From Piromyces finnis finn (taxonomy: Eukaryota > Fungi > Neocallimastigomycota), in contig MCFH01000029.1 in the NCBI GenBank assembly GCA_002104945.1, forward strand, positions 434,001-498,000: a stretch of 64,000 nt of DNA. The letters are read 5' to 3'. Each line of letters starts with the position of its first letter. Position 1 is the stretch's first letter. This document shows, in pieces, positions 50,564 to 64,000 of this stretch. Position numbers and translations under genes: made by a program. The notes beneath the pieces were generated by a model that searched no databases, was not told where the DNA came from, and saw nothing but the letters and a program-made list of their open reading frames with translations.

Positions 50564-52704
50564 ATGTCTAGACCAGAACATCAAGCACCAGCAGAAATTG
50601 TAAATATTTTTTTTTTTTTTTTTAAAAAAAAAAACCATCGTTATGTCATTCCAAAACCAATATATATGTTAATGAGAAAAAAAATAAAAACAAAAATTTC
50701 ATTTACAATCTATAAAAAGATTAAAAGAGAGATAATGCCGAAATTTTTTATTAATTATAAATAATATAAAGTAATATAGACATTATTCGATAAGTTATTA
50801 GACAAATCAACATGAACTTTAGAAATTTGTAAAATCTTTAATAATAATGGAATAACTCATAATTCATAATTCCTGAGAATTAATGAAATCATTTTTGTAG
50901 AATTGATAAATTAAGAAAAACCATTGAATTATTGGTTTGCCATAGGAGTGAATTTAAAATTTGTAAAATCTTTAATAATATTGTAATAATTCTATATTTC
51001 ATGAGAATTAATGAAATCATTTTTGTCGAATTGATAAATTAAGAAAAAAAAAAAAAAATTGAATTATTGATTTACAATAGAGGAAATTTCAAATTTCTAT
51101 TTCTACTGATTCTAAAATTTTAAAAATAGTAATTAATTACAAATTTAATTAATTATTCATTTTTATTTATTTTATTTTATTGCGCTTTATTTAAAGGTAT
51201 ACAATGATACTGAAGCTAAAAAGTATACAGTAAAGTAAGTAAAAAAAAATAAAAAAAAATAAAATAAAATAAAATAAAATTTAAATTTTAATTTATAATC
51301 AAATAATTAAATTATTATTGTAAATTACTTTGACATATTATTATCGTTTTAAAGTACTCGTATTCAAGCTATTCAAGCTGATATGTCTTACAGAGCTCTT
51401 GAATTATTGAATCTTCCAGAAGATAAATGTTGTTATTTACTTGATATTGGTTGTGGTTCAGGTTTATCTTCTGAAGTATTAGAAGACGAAGGTCATGTTT
51501 GGGTTGGTGTAGATATCAGTCCTTCTATGTTAGGTAATTATATTAAAAAATTAAATTAAAATAATATGATTATTGATTCAATATATTACCAAAGTTTAAA
51601 CAATATATGTTAAATATTCTAAAATAATTCTATTAATATATATTATATTTTTTAAAGAGGTTGCACAGGAAAGAGATATTCAAGGTGATATGTTTTTACA
51701 AGATATTGGTGATGGTTTTGGTTTCAGACCAGGTACTTTTGATGGTGCTATTAGGTATATTAAGATAATTTAAATAAGTTTTTAATTTTAATTAATACCA
51801 TTACTTTTTATTAACTAAAGAAAAAAGAGAATAAATCATTAATTTAACTTATAAAATATACTATATTTATTTATCATTTCAATATATAATCATAAATGTA
51901 TTATTAAATACAATAACTATCATACTTGTTTAAAATTCATTAATTTTAATATTAATTGGAAAACTTTTTTTTAATATGACACCAACATATCATTTTGTAA
52001 CAACAACAATAATAATAATAACAATAACAATAACAACAATAATAACATCATCAATTCATTAAAACAAATAAATATAAACGTTTAATAGTATTTCTGTTAT
52101 TCAATGGTTATGTAATGCTGATAAAAAATATCATAATCCAAAAAAGCGTTTAGCTCGTTTCTTCTCTACCTTATATTCCTCTTTAGCTAGAGGTGCTAGA
52201 GCTGTATTCCAATTCTATCCAGAAAATCCAGATCAAGTAGAATTAATTGTTGGTAGTGCAATGAAGTGTGGTTTCACTGGTGGTTTAGTTGTTGATTATC
52301 CAAATAGTTCTAAAGCTAAAAAGTTCTATCTTTGTTTATTTGCTGGTTTTGCTGATGATCCAAGCAATTCACCATCCCTTCCAAAGGGTTTAGGTGCTGA
52401 AGGTGAAGAACCAAGAAGCTCTGTTGATTATGCTCATGAACGGTAATTCTATATAAATTTAATTTAAAGTAAAAAAAAAAAAAAATTTAGAAATTTAAAT
52501 ATGTAATATTAAATTATTATATAAATATTCTTTATTAAACATTTTAGTATTAAGGAAAGAAGAAGAAGAGGTAAAAAGAGTAGAGCTCCAATTAAAGACC
52601 GTAATTGGGTATTACATAAAAAGGAAGTCTCCAGAAAGAAGGGTAAAACTAATGTACCAAAAGATTCCAAATATACCGGTAGAAAGAGAAGAGTTAGATT
52701 CTAA
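50564..52704 (+). CDS. BUD23: 18S rRNA m7G methyltransferase Bud23/WBSCR22 (multi-exon)
   Basis: [12 protein letters not shown]|[50 protein letters not shown]|[56 protein letters not shown]. Confidence 0.97.
50821..51085. repeat. ~130-135 bp imperfect tandem duplication (2 copies) within BUD23 intron 1
   Basis: Both copies contain aatttgtaaaatctttaataata...tgagaattaatgaaatcatttttgt(a/c)gaattgataaattaagaaaaa...ttgaattattg.ttt.c.atag. Confidence 0.85.
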
Positions 52705-53557
52705 GTCAATCTTTTTTTTTTCTCTTTTTATTTTCTTAAGAAAAAAAAAATATAATTTAGATATAATCAAATTCATTATTAAATTCATCTTATTAAAAAA
52801 TAGATATACTATATATATATGTATTTTTTTTTTTCAATTTTTAAAACAAAAGAAATTGTAGTAATTTATATATAAAGAAAATTATATATATATATATATA
52901 AAGGATAAATCTTGCTTTTTTATTCTTTATTTATCTCTATGTATGTTTATATATATATATATATTTTCGTTTTTTTTTTTTTTAATAGAATTTTATTGCC
53001 ATTAATCGTTAATTTTTATATTAGAAATATCAAATTGTATAAAAGTCATATTCATCATTAAAACAAAAATGAAATTAAATTTAAGAATAAATAAATTATT
53101 ATTATATAAACATAAAAAAAATAATAAATATTTCTTTGCATTCATTCTCTTTTCTTTTCTTTACTTTCTTTTTTTAAATATATTATCTAAGTAATAATAG
53201 TAAAAAGAAACATATAAAGTATATGCTATTCAACTTTTTTTTTTTTTAATTTTTTAAAATTTAAGGTTGATCAATTAAATTTTCATAGAATTTTATTTAT
53301 ATTATTTTAATTAAAAGATTATCTTTTAAGTATTGTTGACATTTCCATTAATTTATCTTTTTTATTCTCTAATCTTTTACTTTCTTTATTTTTTAAGAAG
53401 TATATAATAAAAAATAAAATAGAAAAATAAAAATAAAATAAAACAAAACAAAACAAAAACAAAAGAAAAAAACAAAAAACAAACAAACAAACAAAAAAAA
53501 AAAAAACAAAAAACAAATAATATTAATAAACTAATAATAAATATAAAAGAAAAAAAG

Positions 53558-55893
53558 ATGTCAACAGCTGTCGAAGAAGAATATTTTAAAAATAAAATTG
53601 CTTCTATAGAGAAATTTGATTTTACTTTAAATACAGAAAGTCAAGAAACTATTTTCGAAGGAATTAAAATTATTTTAAAACATTTTTTACCTGAATGGAA
53701 TGATTTAAAGTTTACTCCACAAACTGATGGTATTACAAATACACTTATTTTAGTATCATGTCCTCAAGGAAAAGTTATTGTAAGAGTATTTGGTAATGGT
53801 ACTGAATACATTATTAATAGAAATGCTGAACAAAAGGTAATCATATTATTCTCATGGAAAAATAAAATATAATTTATATATTTTCATAATGGATATTTGT
53901 ATCTTCATTTATACTTTATTGAAATTTATTTATAAAATTATGAAATTTAAAAAACAAACAAACAAACAAAAAAAAATACTAGTATTTTTATTAAATTTAA
54001 TTATATTTTATAATTATATTTCATTTCTCTCTGTTATTAATTAATATATATATGAATAACAACTATTTTTTTTGTTATAAAATTAAAATAAAGAATTTTA
54101 TATTTTTATCCGATAATAAACTCGCTGCTCCAATTATTGGAAATTTCAACAATGGCTTTGTTCATGGATATGTTGAAGGAAGTGTATTTTCTGTTCCAGG
54201 TAGAGATATTAAGCAATATCATAATAATATATACATATAATTTTTAATATTTAAAATTTCTAAATTTCAAATCATGTAATTAAAGATTTCATTTTTATAA
54301 ATTTCTAAAATTTATATTAAATCTAATTATTTGTTTTATAGACATGTCAGATCCACAAAAGTCTTTATTAGTTGCAAAAAAAATTGGAAAATGGCATAGT
54401 GTAAATATTACTATATTGTGCATTTCATTTATTGACCTTTTTTTTTTTTTTTTTTTTAATATTTGATTAAATATTTTTAAATTTATTATATATCATAAAA
54501 ATGAATGAAATTTCTTTATTTAAATATGTCTTTATACGAATAAATCTTCTATTAATAAAAAAATTCTTCGGATAATAAAGTTAAATTTCCCATTTGAAAA
54601 GAAGAGCTCTGTTTATGATGTTATTAATAAGTGGATTGATGAAGGTATTATCTATTATACAAATACTTTATAATACATAAAAATATGAATATAAAACAGA
54701 ACAAAACAAAACGAAAAAAATGAGTAATATATAAAATTAATAAAGAAAACAATATATGAATATTTTATTTATTTTATTTTTAAATTAAAGCTCCAGAAGT
54801 TTTTGAAGATAAAAGAAAGAATGAAATATATTATTCTAAGGACTATTTAAGAAAAGAAAATTTAAGAAATGAAGTAAATAACCAAATACTGATAAAAAAA
54901 TTATTGTTTTATCTTAAACCGTTTCATTTATACTTCCCTCTCCTTTTTATGTATTCTATTTAGATCAACTTTTTAAAGGAAAAACTTGATGAAATTTCAT
55001 CTCCATTAGCTTTTTGTCATTGTGATCTTCTTTATGGAAATATCATTTTACATAAGGATGAAAATGGAAATGGTAAAAATTATATATTTATTTCATGTTA
55101 TTAAATAAAAAAAAAAAAAATAAAATAGAATGAAATTAAATATATATAAATGATTTAAATTATTATCAGATGATGTAACCTTTATTGATTATGAATATGT
55201 AAGTAAAATAATAAAAAAATATAATTATATATTAAGGTAAAAGCAATTATCTATTTATTAATTCTTATTTTTAAATCTAGGGTTCAATTAATCCAAGAGG
55301 ATTTGACATTGGAAATCATTTTAATGAATATGCTGGTAAGAAGAATTATAAGAAATGAAATTAACATTCCAAATTTAAAATCTTTATTTTTGCCTATATA
55401 ACTTAATATTTTTATAATTTTTTTTATTTATTTCTTGTATTTAAAATCTGTAAATATTTTTATATTTTATTAAAAAATTGAATAAATACACTTTTAGGCT
55501 TTGATTGTGACTATAATTTATATCCATCAAAAGAATTTCAATATAAATGGTTAAAGGTTTATTTACAAAGTTACTTAGGTAAAGAAAATATTAGTGAAAA
55601 GGAAATAGAAGATTTATATCGTGAAGTTAATAAATATGCCTTATTATCACATTATTATTGGGTAACTAAAAAAAAAAAAAAAAAAAAAAAAGAAAAACAA
55701 ATATATATAGATATCAATAATTTAAAATTATATTTTTAAAATTAACCATAAATAATGATAAACAAACATATATTAGGGTGTCTGGGCCATTCTTCAAGCA
55801 AAGTACTCTCAAATTGATTTTGATTATATTAGTTATTCTATTCTAAGGCTTGATGAATACTACAATCAAAAAGAAAGATTTTTAAGTCTTTAA
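53558..55893 (+). CDS. Ethanolamine/choline kinase (10 exons)
   Basis: DGITNTL, VIVRVFGNGTEYIINR, Brenner motif FCHCDLLYGNII, IDYEY, RGFDIGNHFNEYAG, SHYYWGVWAILQAKYSQIDFDY; all junctions are GT-AG and in frame. Confidence 0.95.
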
Positions 55894-56140
55894 AATTTCT
55901 TTTACTTTTTTATTGAATAAATTAATTATTAATAAAAATAGGCATTATCTTTATTATTATTTTATATAATAAAATTATGATATAAATACTAGAATAATCA
56001 ATAAATGATAATATTAATAAATATATCATTTAGGAAAAAAAAAAAGTCTTTTATAATTTAATTAAACACATCAATGTATATTATCAATCAATAAAATAAA
56101 CAAGTAAACAATCAAAAAAAGTAAATAAAAAAAAAATTTT

Positions 56141-56322
<182 letters not shown>

Positions 56323-56651
56323 GATATATTTTTTTTCATTATTTTTTTAATTTATTTTATTTTAATATTAAATGCTTTTATGTTTTTATACGATTTATGA
56401 TAACTATTTGATGATAAAAAAATAAAAATAATCATTATAAGTACTATGTACTTCATAAAAAAAGTATAAAAAATTAAAAAGTATATTTTTTTTATATATA
56501 ATTATTTATACATATGCCATTTTATTGAATTATTTTTTTTATTATTGCTACTTAAAAAAAAGGTTAAAAAAAAAAATGCTATATGAACTAATGATTATTG
56601 CATAATTTACATAATCTTATGTTAGTGCTTTTTTTTTTTTTTTTTTTTTTT

Positions 56652-59080
56652 TTAAAATTTTAAATTAAATTGATGAATATTTGCTTTAGAAAAATCATTT
56701 ACATTTCTTTTAACATATTGATTTTCATTAATTTTATCTTTATAATCATTAGAAGTAATAGATTCAAAAAAGTTAAAAACAGATGAAGAAATAGGTGTAC
56801 AAGAAGAAAGATTATCTATTCTTCCGATGGTGTCTGTTGAATTAATATAGGTATCTAGTTTTATATTATCTAATTCATCTTCTAAATGATCATTTATATT
56901 TTGATTCTTTTCATCATCATCATCATCATCATCTTCTTCTTCAAAGTCACTATATTTATTTTTTTTATTAGAGATACCACTACTTATGGTATGACGATTA
57001 GAATGATAATGAATATCAGTGGTCATTAAATTTGGGAAGGAAGAGTTAGTATTTGATGATGGTGAAGATGTTATAGCTGTATTAAATAGATAACCGACTC
57101 TTGAAGATGAATTAGATGTAGAAAGGGATGGTGATGCTATGACATCTCCTGCAATATTTTCAACACTAGATAATGATATTGGGGTATTTGATATGGAATG
57201 ATGGCGTGGTTGATGGTTATGGAAAATATTATCAAAACTATTATGTATATTATTATTTATTGGAGAGTAGTATAGAGGAAACTCTGGTGTAAGAGTGGTA
57301 TATGATTTATGGAAGGAATTTTCGAAAGAACTACCGTAGGAACTCTTTCTTTGACGAGGAATATTAATTGGCATTGTCATTGTTCGTCCACTTGGCATAT
57401 AACCATAGAAAGGAACATTACTACTACTATCAACCGAAGAAGATGTATTCAAATAATTAACATTGTCAAGTGGAGGGTACACATAACATTTTTGTTTCAT
57501 GACATAGTTGTTAGAGATGGTATCATATTGATCTTGTTCTATAAATGTCACATGATCATTGTTATCAATAACGATGACAGTATGTGTTTTTGTGGCATAA
57601 TCATTTTCATAGATGGTATTATTGAAACGTTCTTTTTCAATACAGATAGGGGCACAACATTTTTCTAATTTTGGTTCAAAGGCTGTTTTTGGTAATTTAT
57701 CCATTGGAATATCTTTTTTATCACTTAAAACATTTAATAATTTATGGCATAGATCATTTAAATCAGTATGATTTTCAACTGCTCTTTTAAAAAGTTTTTT
57801 ACCTCTTTCTACCTTTTTCCAGTAGGTATTAAGGGAACCATTGGACATACCATAAACTGTATTTTTCTTTAATTTTTCGGTGGAAGCATATCCTTTATTA
57901 CCAATATACCATACACTTGGTTCTGGTAAGGAAATATCTCCTACAATTAAATTAAAACCATTATATTTATTTTTATTCTTATCAACATATTTCATATATT
58001 CATATGGAAAATCAATTTGACCGTTATCTAGTGATTCCATTTCATAATCATCATTAGTTTCTTTTTTATCTAATGCATCTTCCATGGCGTATTGTTTATC
58101 TTCTTCTTTAAACTTATTTAATACTTTTTCAGGAACTTGATACATTGGATGATGCATTCGTATTTTTTTTGGAGTGGATGTTGTAGAAGATGTATTTTTT
58201 TGATGACATTTCATTTGTTTTATATTATTATTTTTATAATATAATGATTTTAATAGTAAAAAATCACGAACGAGATAACCTCTAGAAATAGCATTTGGCA
58301 TTAATGATTTAGGATCTTCTCTAAAGTTGGTTATTACAGAAAAAAGACCTTGGCGAGAGCAACCGAGCCATGAACCATATCCTGATATTTTTTTTTCTGT
58401 TTTATAAATATTTTTAATATAATCATTCTTTTCTAAATTCTCTGGGATAGAATCACATGTTCTATTTAAGGATTCTGATAATGAAGAACGTGTGCCATTA
58501 TTATTTTTATTTAAAATTTCATTTAATAATTGTTTTTCATAACTATTGATGGTGGATGGAAGTGAACGCCGCTTCAATTTAGTTGATTTTGCATTATTAA
58601 GATCCTTATTTGGTTTGTTTATATGAGTTACAGTTGCAAGATCTATTGCTGATATAATATTATTATCAATATCCCAATAGTTAGCTGCTTGAGTTGGTCT
58701 TTTTAAAGATTCATCACGGTTTGAAGCAATAATTCTATTGGATTAAAATATTTATATTAGTGTTATTATTTAAATAAATATATTAGTTAATAATCAATTA
58801 TATTGATATACATATATAATTAATAAAAATAGTAAATATATAGAGATAATTTTTTTTTGAAAGTACATTTTAAATTTTTTAACTATTATAAAATGTAAAA
58901 TTTTAATTTAATTTATTTAATTTAATTTTATAACTTTAATTATTATACTTTTAATAATATAAAAAATTTTAAAATTTAATCTTTATCGAGTGAATTTATA
59001 CTGTGTTCTAAAAAAAAAAAAAAAAAAAGAACTTACAATTTATATTTCGGGTGACCAAAAATAAAAAATACAATACACAT
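56652..59080 (-). CDS. TANGO2: TANGO2/NRDE family protein (Ntn-hydrolase-like fold) with low-complexity insertions and a long C-terminal extension (2 exons)
   Basis: Exon 1 59080-59037 MCIVFFIFGHPKYK splices to LIIASNRDESLKRPT (from 58734). Also GSWLGCSRQG..ITNFRE, SRGYLVRDFL, YNGFNLIVGD, YGMSNGSL..WKKVERGK, YATKTHTVIVID. Confidence 0.92.
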
Positions 59081-59634
59081 TTTAATAATTATTTATCTAT
59101 AATAAAATTGATATAATTGAAGAATATGCATATATAAATATATAAACTATTAGTATATATTATTTAAAAATATATATAAAAGTTGATTTAATATATATTT
59201 TAAGAAAAAAGAAAAACATATATATATATATTTCTTTAATTTTTCTGAACACCAAATATTTATATTCCTATTTTTATTTATCAAGGAATATTAAAGTTTA
59301 ACTTACTTTTTGTTATTATTCTTTGATATATAGTTATTCTTTGATATATAATTAATTTACAGATAAAGAGTATACTATGAATTAAAAAAAAAAATTCAAA
59401 AACTATTTATTGCAAAGTGTATATAATTTTTTATTTTACATAATATTAATGATATGATTTTCTACTTTTTTTTTCATTTATTGCTTGAATGATTTAATTG
59501 AAAATTTTAAAAAAAAATTCAAGACTTAACAATGAAATGAAAATTCTTTTGTAATTTTTTTTTATTTTAATAATTAATGTATTGTATATAGATACAGATA
59601 TAATAACCAAAGTATATACTATTAATTTGTATGT

Positions 59635-59815
59635 TTTTTTTGATAATAGATAGTATGAATGAATACTATAAGTGTTATTTATTAGAATTACTTTTTTTTT
59701 GATAATAGATAGTATGAAGGAATACTATAAGTGTTATTTATTAGAATTACTTTTTTTTTGATAATAGATAGTATGAAGGAATACTATAAATGTGTTTATT
59801 AGAATTATTTTTTTA
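59635..59815. repeat. 59-bp minisatellite, 3 copies, upstream of TANGO2
   Basis: Unit gataatagatagtatgaa(t/g)gaatactataagtgttatttattagaattactttttttt; copies start near 59642, 59701 and 59760. Confidence 0.92.
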
Positions 59816-62800
59816 TTTAACTTTGGTCTTTTATAACTTATTAATATTTTTTTAATAATGTGTTTTATTTATATATAATTTATTTATATATTATAATGAA
59901 AATTAAATGTTATAGACATTATTTCTTTAAAGATGAATTAAAAAATTCTTATTTTGAAAGGATAACTTTTTCTCTTTATATATATATTTTTTCTTTTTCT
60001 TTTTTAAAAAATTAAAATTAAAATTTTAAAATTAGAAATTAAAAATAAAAAATCAAATTAATTTTCTTTTCTATATTTTAAAATTTATTGGTTTATATAT
60101 TAAATGTAAATTTTAAATGATAATACTTTTATATAAAAAAAACTTATATCTTATTATAACTAATAAGGAAATGAAAAACTTTTTTTTTTTCCATAATTCT
60201 TTATTTAATACCACTTTTTTTTTTTTTTTGAAATAATTTGGATTAAAATAAATTTTCTTTTCTATATAACTATTATAAATATAAGGAATTTATTAGAGGT
60301 AACCATTTTTTGTAATGTGTTTATAATTAGTAAATAAATTTATGAAATTTGTTTAATTTAAATATATTATATAATATATTTTTATTAAAATATTTCAATC
60401 ATTAATTCATTTAATATATATTAGTAATATATTATACAGTAGTATATGGATATTGAGTATAAATAGTAACATGAATTATTATTTATATTTTCTAAAAGAA
60501 ATTTATTTTTTTTAATATATTTCAATACTACAATACTATTCCTAATATATTTAAATTAATCATTCTATTTAATTACCGCATTCCATAAATCATATGCAAT
60601 ATATAATAACAATATATTATACCATATTATTATATTTCAATATTTTGAAGTTTTTTTTTATATAAAAAAAATATTAAATAAAGGTCACATACTATAAACA
60701 TAAAATTAATAACTAAAGTCATTCCTATGAAATAATATAAATTTAAGATTATTAGAGTTTATCATGGTATAGAGAAGAAATTAACATGAATGTATGCTTT
60801 TTTCTATTTTACTTATCACAAGACAAACTGTTTATTAATAATATAATTATAGGATAAAAGATTGGTCATAAGTTTTTTTTTTAATAAAAGTAAAGTTCAT
60901 TTTTTGCTAAAAAAGAAAACTAAGTAACCTAAATAACAATTGTACAATTTACATTTTTGTAAACCATAAAGATTACGTATTAATTTTATAATAATGATTT
61001 TTTTATATTATATAAAAAGTAATTGCAGTAAAAAACTAAAAGGTTAAATGAAACATTAGCTTAATTTTAATTATAGCAATTAAAAAAGTTTGAGTATTGA
61101 TGAATATTTTTTTTTTTTTTAAAAAAAAAGAATAATTTAGTAATTATGATAACACTAGAAAAGTAAAAATTATTTAATTATTTTTTTTTCTTATACTTTA
61201 ACAAAGAAAGCCATTTTTTTATTTTCTATGTGTAGTTTAATTATTGATAATATAAGTTTTAATATTTTAATTATAATTATAATTTTTTTTAATTCTATAA
61301 TTCTATAATGGATGGAAATTATAAATGTTAAGTTATTTGCTTTTTTCATATTAAACTCACTTGTTAAACTTGTTAAAAGAAAAAGATCGATTATTATAAA
61401 ATAATATGATTTGATAAATAAATATATATATATATATACTAAAAAAACATTATAAAATTTTTTTTTGTCAAGAATATAAACTAATTTTTATATTTAAAAT
61501 AATAAAATAGACAAAAAATGACGCATGAAACTTTAAAAGTAATAATTCAAAATCATTAATTAAAAAAAAAGGATAATACATAAAACTATTTTCAATATTT
61601 TTAATCCATTTTTTTTTAAACTTGAAATTGCTGTATTTATTAAATAAAATACCGATTTGTGTATGTATGATTAAATATATATAAATATATATATATATAT
61701 ATACTATTTGAAAATTTATGAAATAGTATTATAAAATTGTTATAAACAAAAATATAATAATTTTTAACACTACAAATAATATTAATTATAGCTCTATATC
61801 AGTAAGAGTGTGTTACTGTATTAAATAAATATATTTTATAAATGTTATACATCATTTACTACAAGTCAATTATACCTCATATCTTATAATCAATATTATA
61901 ACTATTATTTTATACATCTGTACATCTAGTATTCTAGATATATTTATAAATGACAATGCTATTATATAAAAGATTTTATCATTAATCTTTTTTATTATAC
62001 TATCAGCTTGGAAGAAATGATATAATTATCGTTTATGTACATGCTTTTTTTTTTATTATTACATTTATATTACAATTTAATTCTTAGCTATCGTAGTATT
62101 AAATTATTATTAATAAGAAAATTAATTTTGTTTCCTTAAAAAATACGAATAAATAAGAATGTGAAAATAATAATTCTTTTTTTATTTTTTTTATTAATTT
62201 ATATAGAAGGGAAAATAAGTTAATATGTAAAAAAAAAAAAAAAAAAAAATTCCTTAATTTGTTATTAATTTTATTAACGGACAATTGAAAATCCATATAT
62301 CCTTATATCCATTAAAAAGACTGATTTGTAATAATTATCAATTAATTATAGGAAATATAAGTATTTTTATCATACTCTTACTCATACTTGTAATAGCATT
62401 AAAAAAGAATAAAAATGGCTTGCCGTTTTTCACTGTTTTTTTTTTTCTATGAATATAATTTTTATTTATTAATACATTTTTTTATTCTCATATAATATAC
62501 CTAAATGTAAGAACAATATATTTTTTAATTTCAATTTTTCATATAGTTATGTTAATATAATACAAATTATTGTAAATATTAATATAATTTTTTTTTTTAC
62601 TTGATATATACATTCACATTTTATAATTATAAAAGAAAGTTTATGAAATTTTTTAAAACCGCTCTAATATTCATTTTACAATATTACTTTAAATATAATT
62701 AATGGAATTTATTGCATAGCAAAGTGAAATGTTTAATAAAACAATGAACTTTTTTCTTATCCTTTTAATAATAAAAATGTAAACATTATGTATTACAATA

Positions 62801-64000
62801 TTAAGTATATATTACTAATTTTGAAATAGATAAACAGAAATAGTCATTTAATTAAATGTAACATTTTTTAAGTTGACATCATTATTAATTTACAGCCGCA
62901 ATTTCTTTTCTTTTTTTTTACTAAATTAATATAAAACGGCAATTTTAATTTTTTTATAAAATAAATTAACATAAAAAAATGGATAAATTTATTTTTATAT
63001 ATAAAAATGTTATATTATTTAGCCAATGAACTTATTTCCTTAACATCTATTTTTGGTGTAACTTTCATAAATAGAAAACTTTTAATTTATTTCTTAATAA
63101 TTTACGGTAATAGAAAAAGTGAATTTATTATTAAATAAATTATTAATTTTTATATATAATAAATATATATAATATAATTATTTAAGTAATAATTAAAGAA
63201 AAATAAAAACTTAAAATTTTTGGTAATACATTTAATAAACTTTTTAAACTTTATAGAAATAAACCAATAATATTCTTTTAATTATTTCTTAATAAAGGAA
63301 CAAAATGTTATGACACATCTTTTTTTTTCTTCTTTTATTATAATGGATGATGGTGAATGAAAGAAAGAAAGAAAAAGAAAATTATAAAAAAGAACAAATA
63401 ATAGTTATTAAAGTAAAATCATAATATGAGTTTTTTAGTAACCTTTTTTAATGTTTAAATGATAGTTAGTAATACAAAACATTTATATTATAATAAATGA
63501 TGATATAAAAAATTATTAATATATAACTTTTTGGTGAAATAAGAAAATTGTCCATTTTAAAAGACAACAATTTTATTACTATTATCATCAAGTAGGATAA
63601 ATTTAAAGTTGACTATTTTCCCATTTAACATCTATTTTTGCTATTCTTAAAATCTTACATGTAATTGTTTAGGGTTTGGTATTTTGATAGTAATTATAAA
63701 TCTCTCAACTTTTTTTTTTTTTGTTATTAAAACAATTTCATAAATAATTTTTAATTTTAATTAATATATATTATAAAAACAACGGCAATTTTATATATAA
63801 AGATAATTAAATAAAAATTAAATTAATGGTAAATATAGTAAATGAATTTAGTATTGTTAAATATTTTTTTTTAATTCAAGTAAAACAAAAAATCAAACTA
63901 TGATCAACATTTTCCCCAAATACATAGTACAAAATAACTTATCTCGACCAGAATATTTTTAAATAAATAAATAGATAGAATAATAATAAAATCATGAAGA

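Noticed and set aside
62099-62296. 65-aa ORF near the right end
   Set aside because: Spans a poly-T tract, is low complexity and has no coding signal.

Overview
Extremely AT-rich eukaryotic DNA with short GT-AG introns and Asn/Ser-rich proteins. A secreted glycoside hydrolase with two fungal (non-catalytic, CBM10-like) dockerins points to an anaerobic gut fungus (Neocallimastigomycota). I reconstructed exons by hand and support about 16 protein genes. In order: 5' exon of pentafunctional AROM; a Ty3/gypsy gag relic; a 2423-aa intronless pseudokinase-Sel1 protein; a BTB/BACK protein spliced to a multi-pass membrane domain; Cdc37; a tandem-SH3 DH-PH RhoGEF; a 4-LIM paxillin-like protein; a Spa2/GIT-like scaffold; a cellulosomal GH43-CBM6-2x dockerin; a bacterial-type CPBP protease; a Topors-like RING E3; a LamG-like protein with PY motifs; an orphan 162-aa ORF; a BRI3-like protein; BUD23; an ethanolamine kinase; and TANGO2/NRDE. 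The most striking observation is that three consecutive co-oriented genes (RhoGEF, paxillin-like, GIT/Spa2-like) mirror the animal PIX-GIT-paxillin polarity/adhesion module. Family calls come from motif recognition only; no database search was run.
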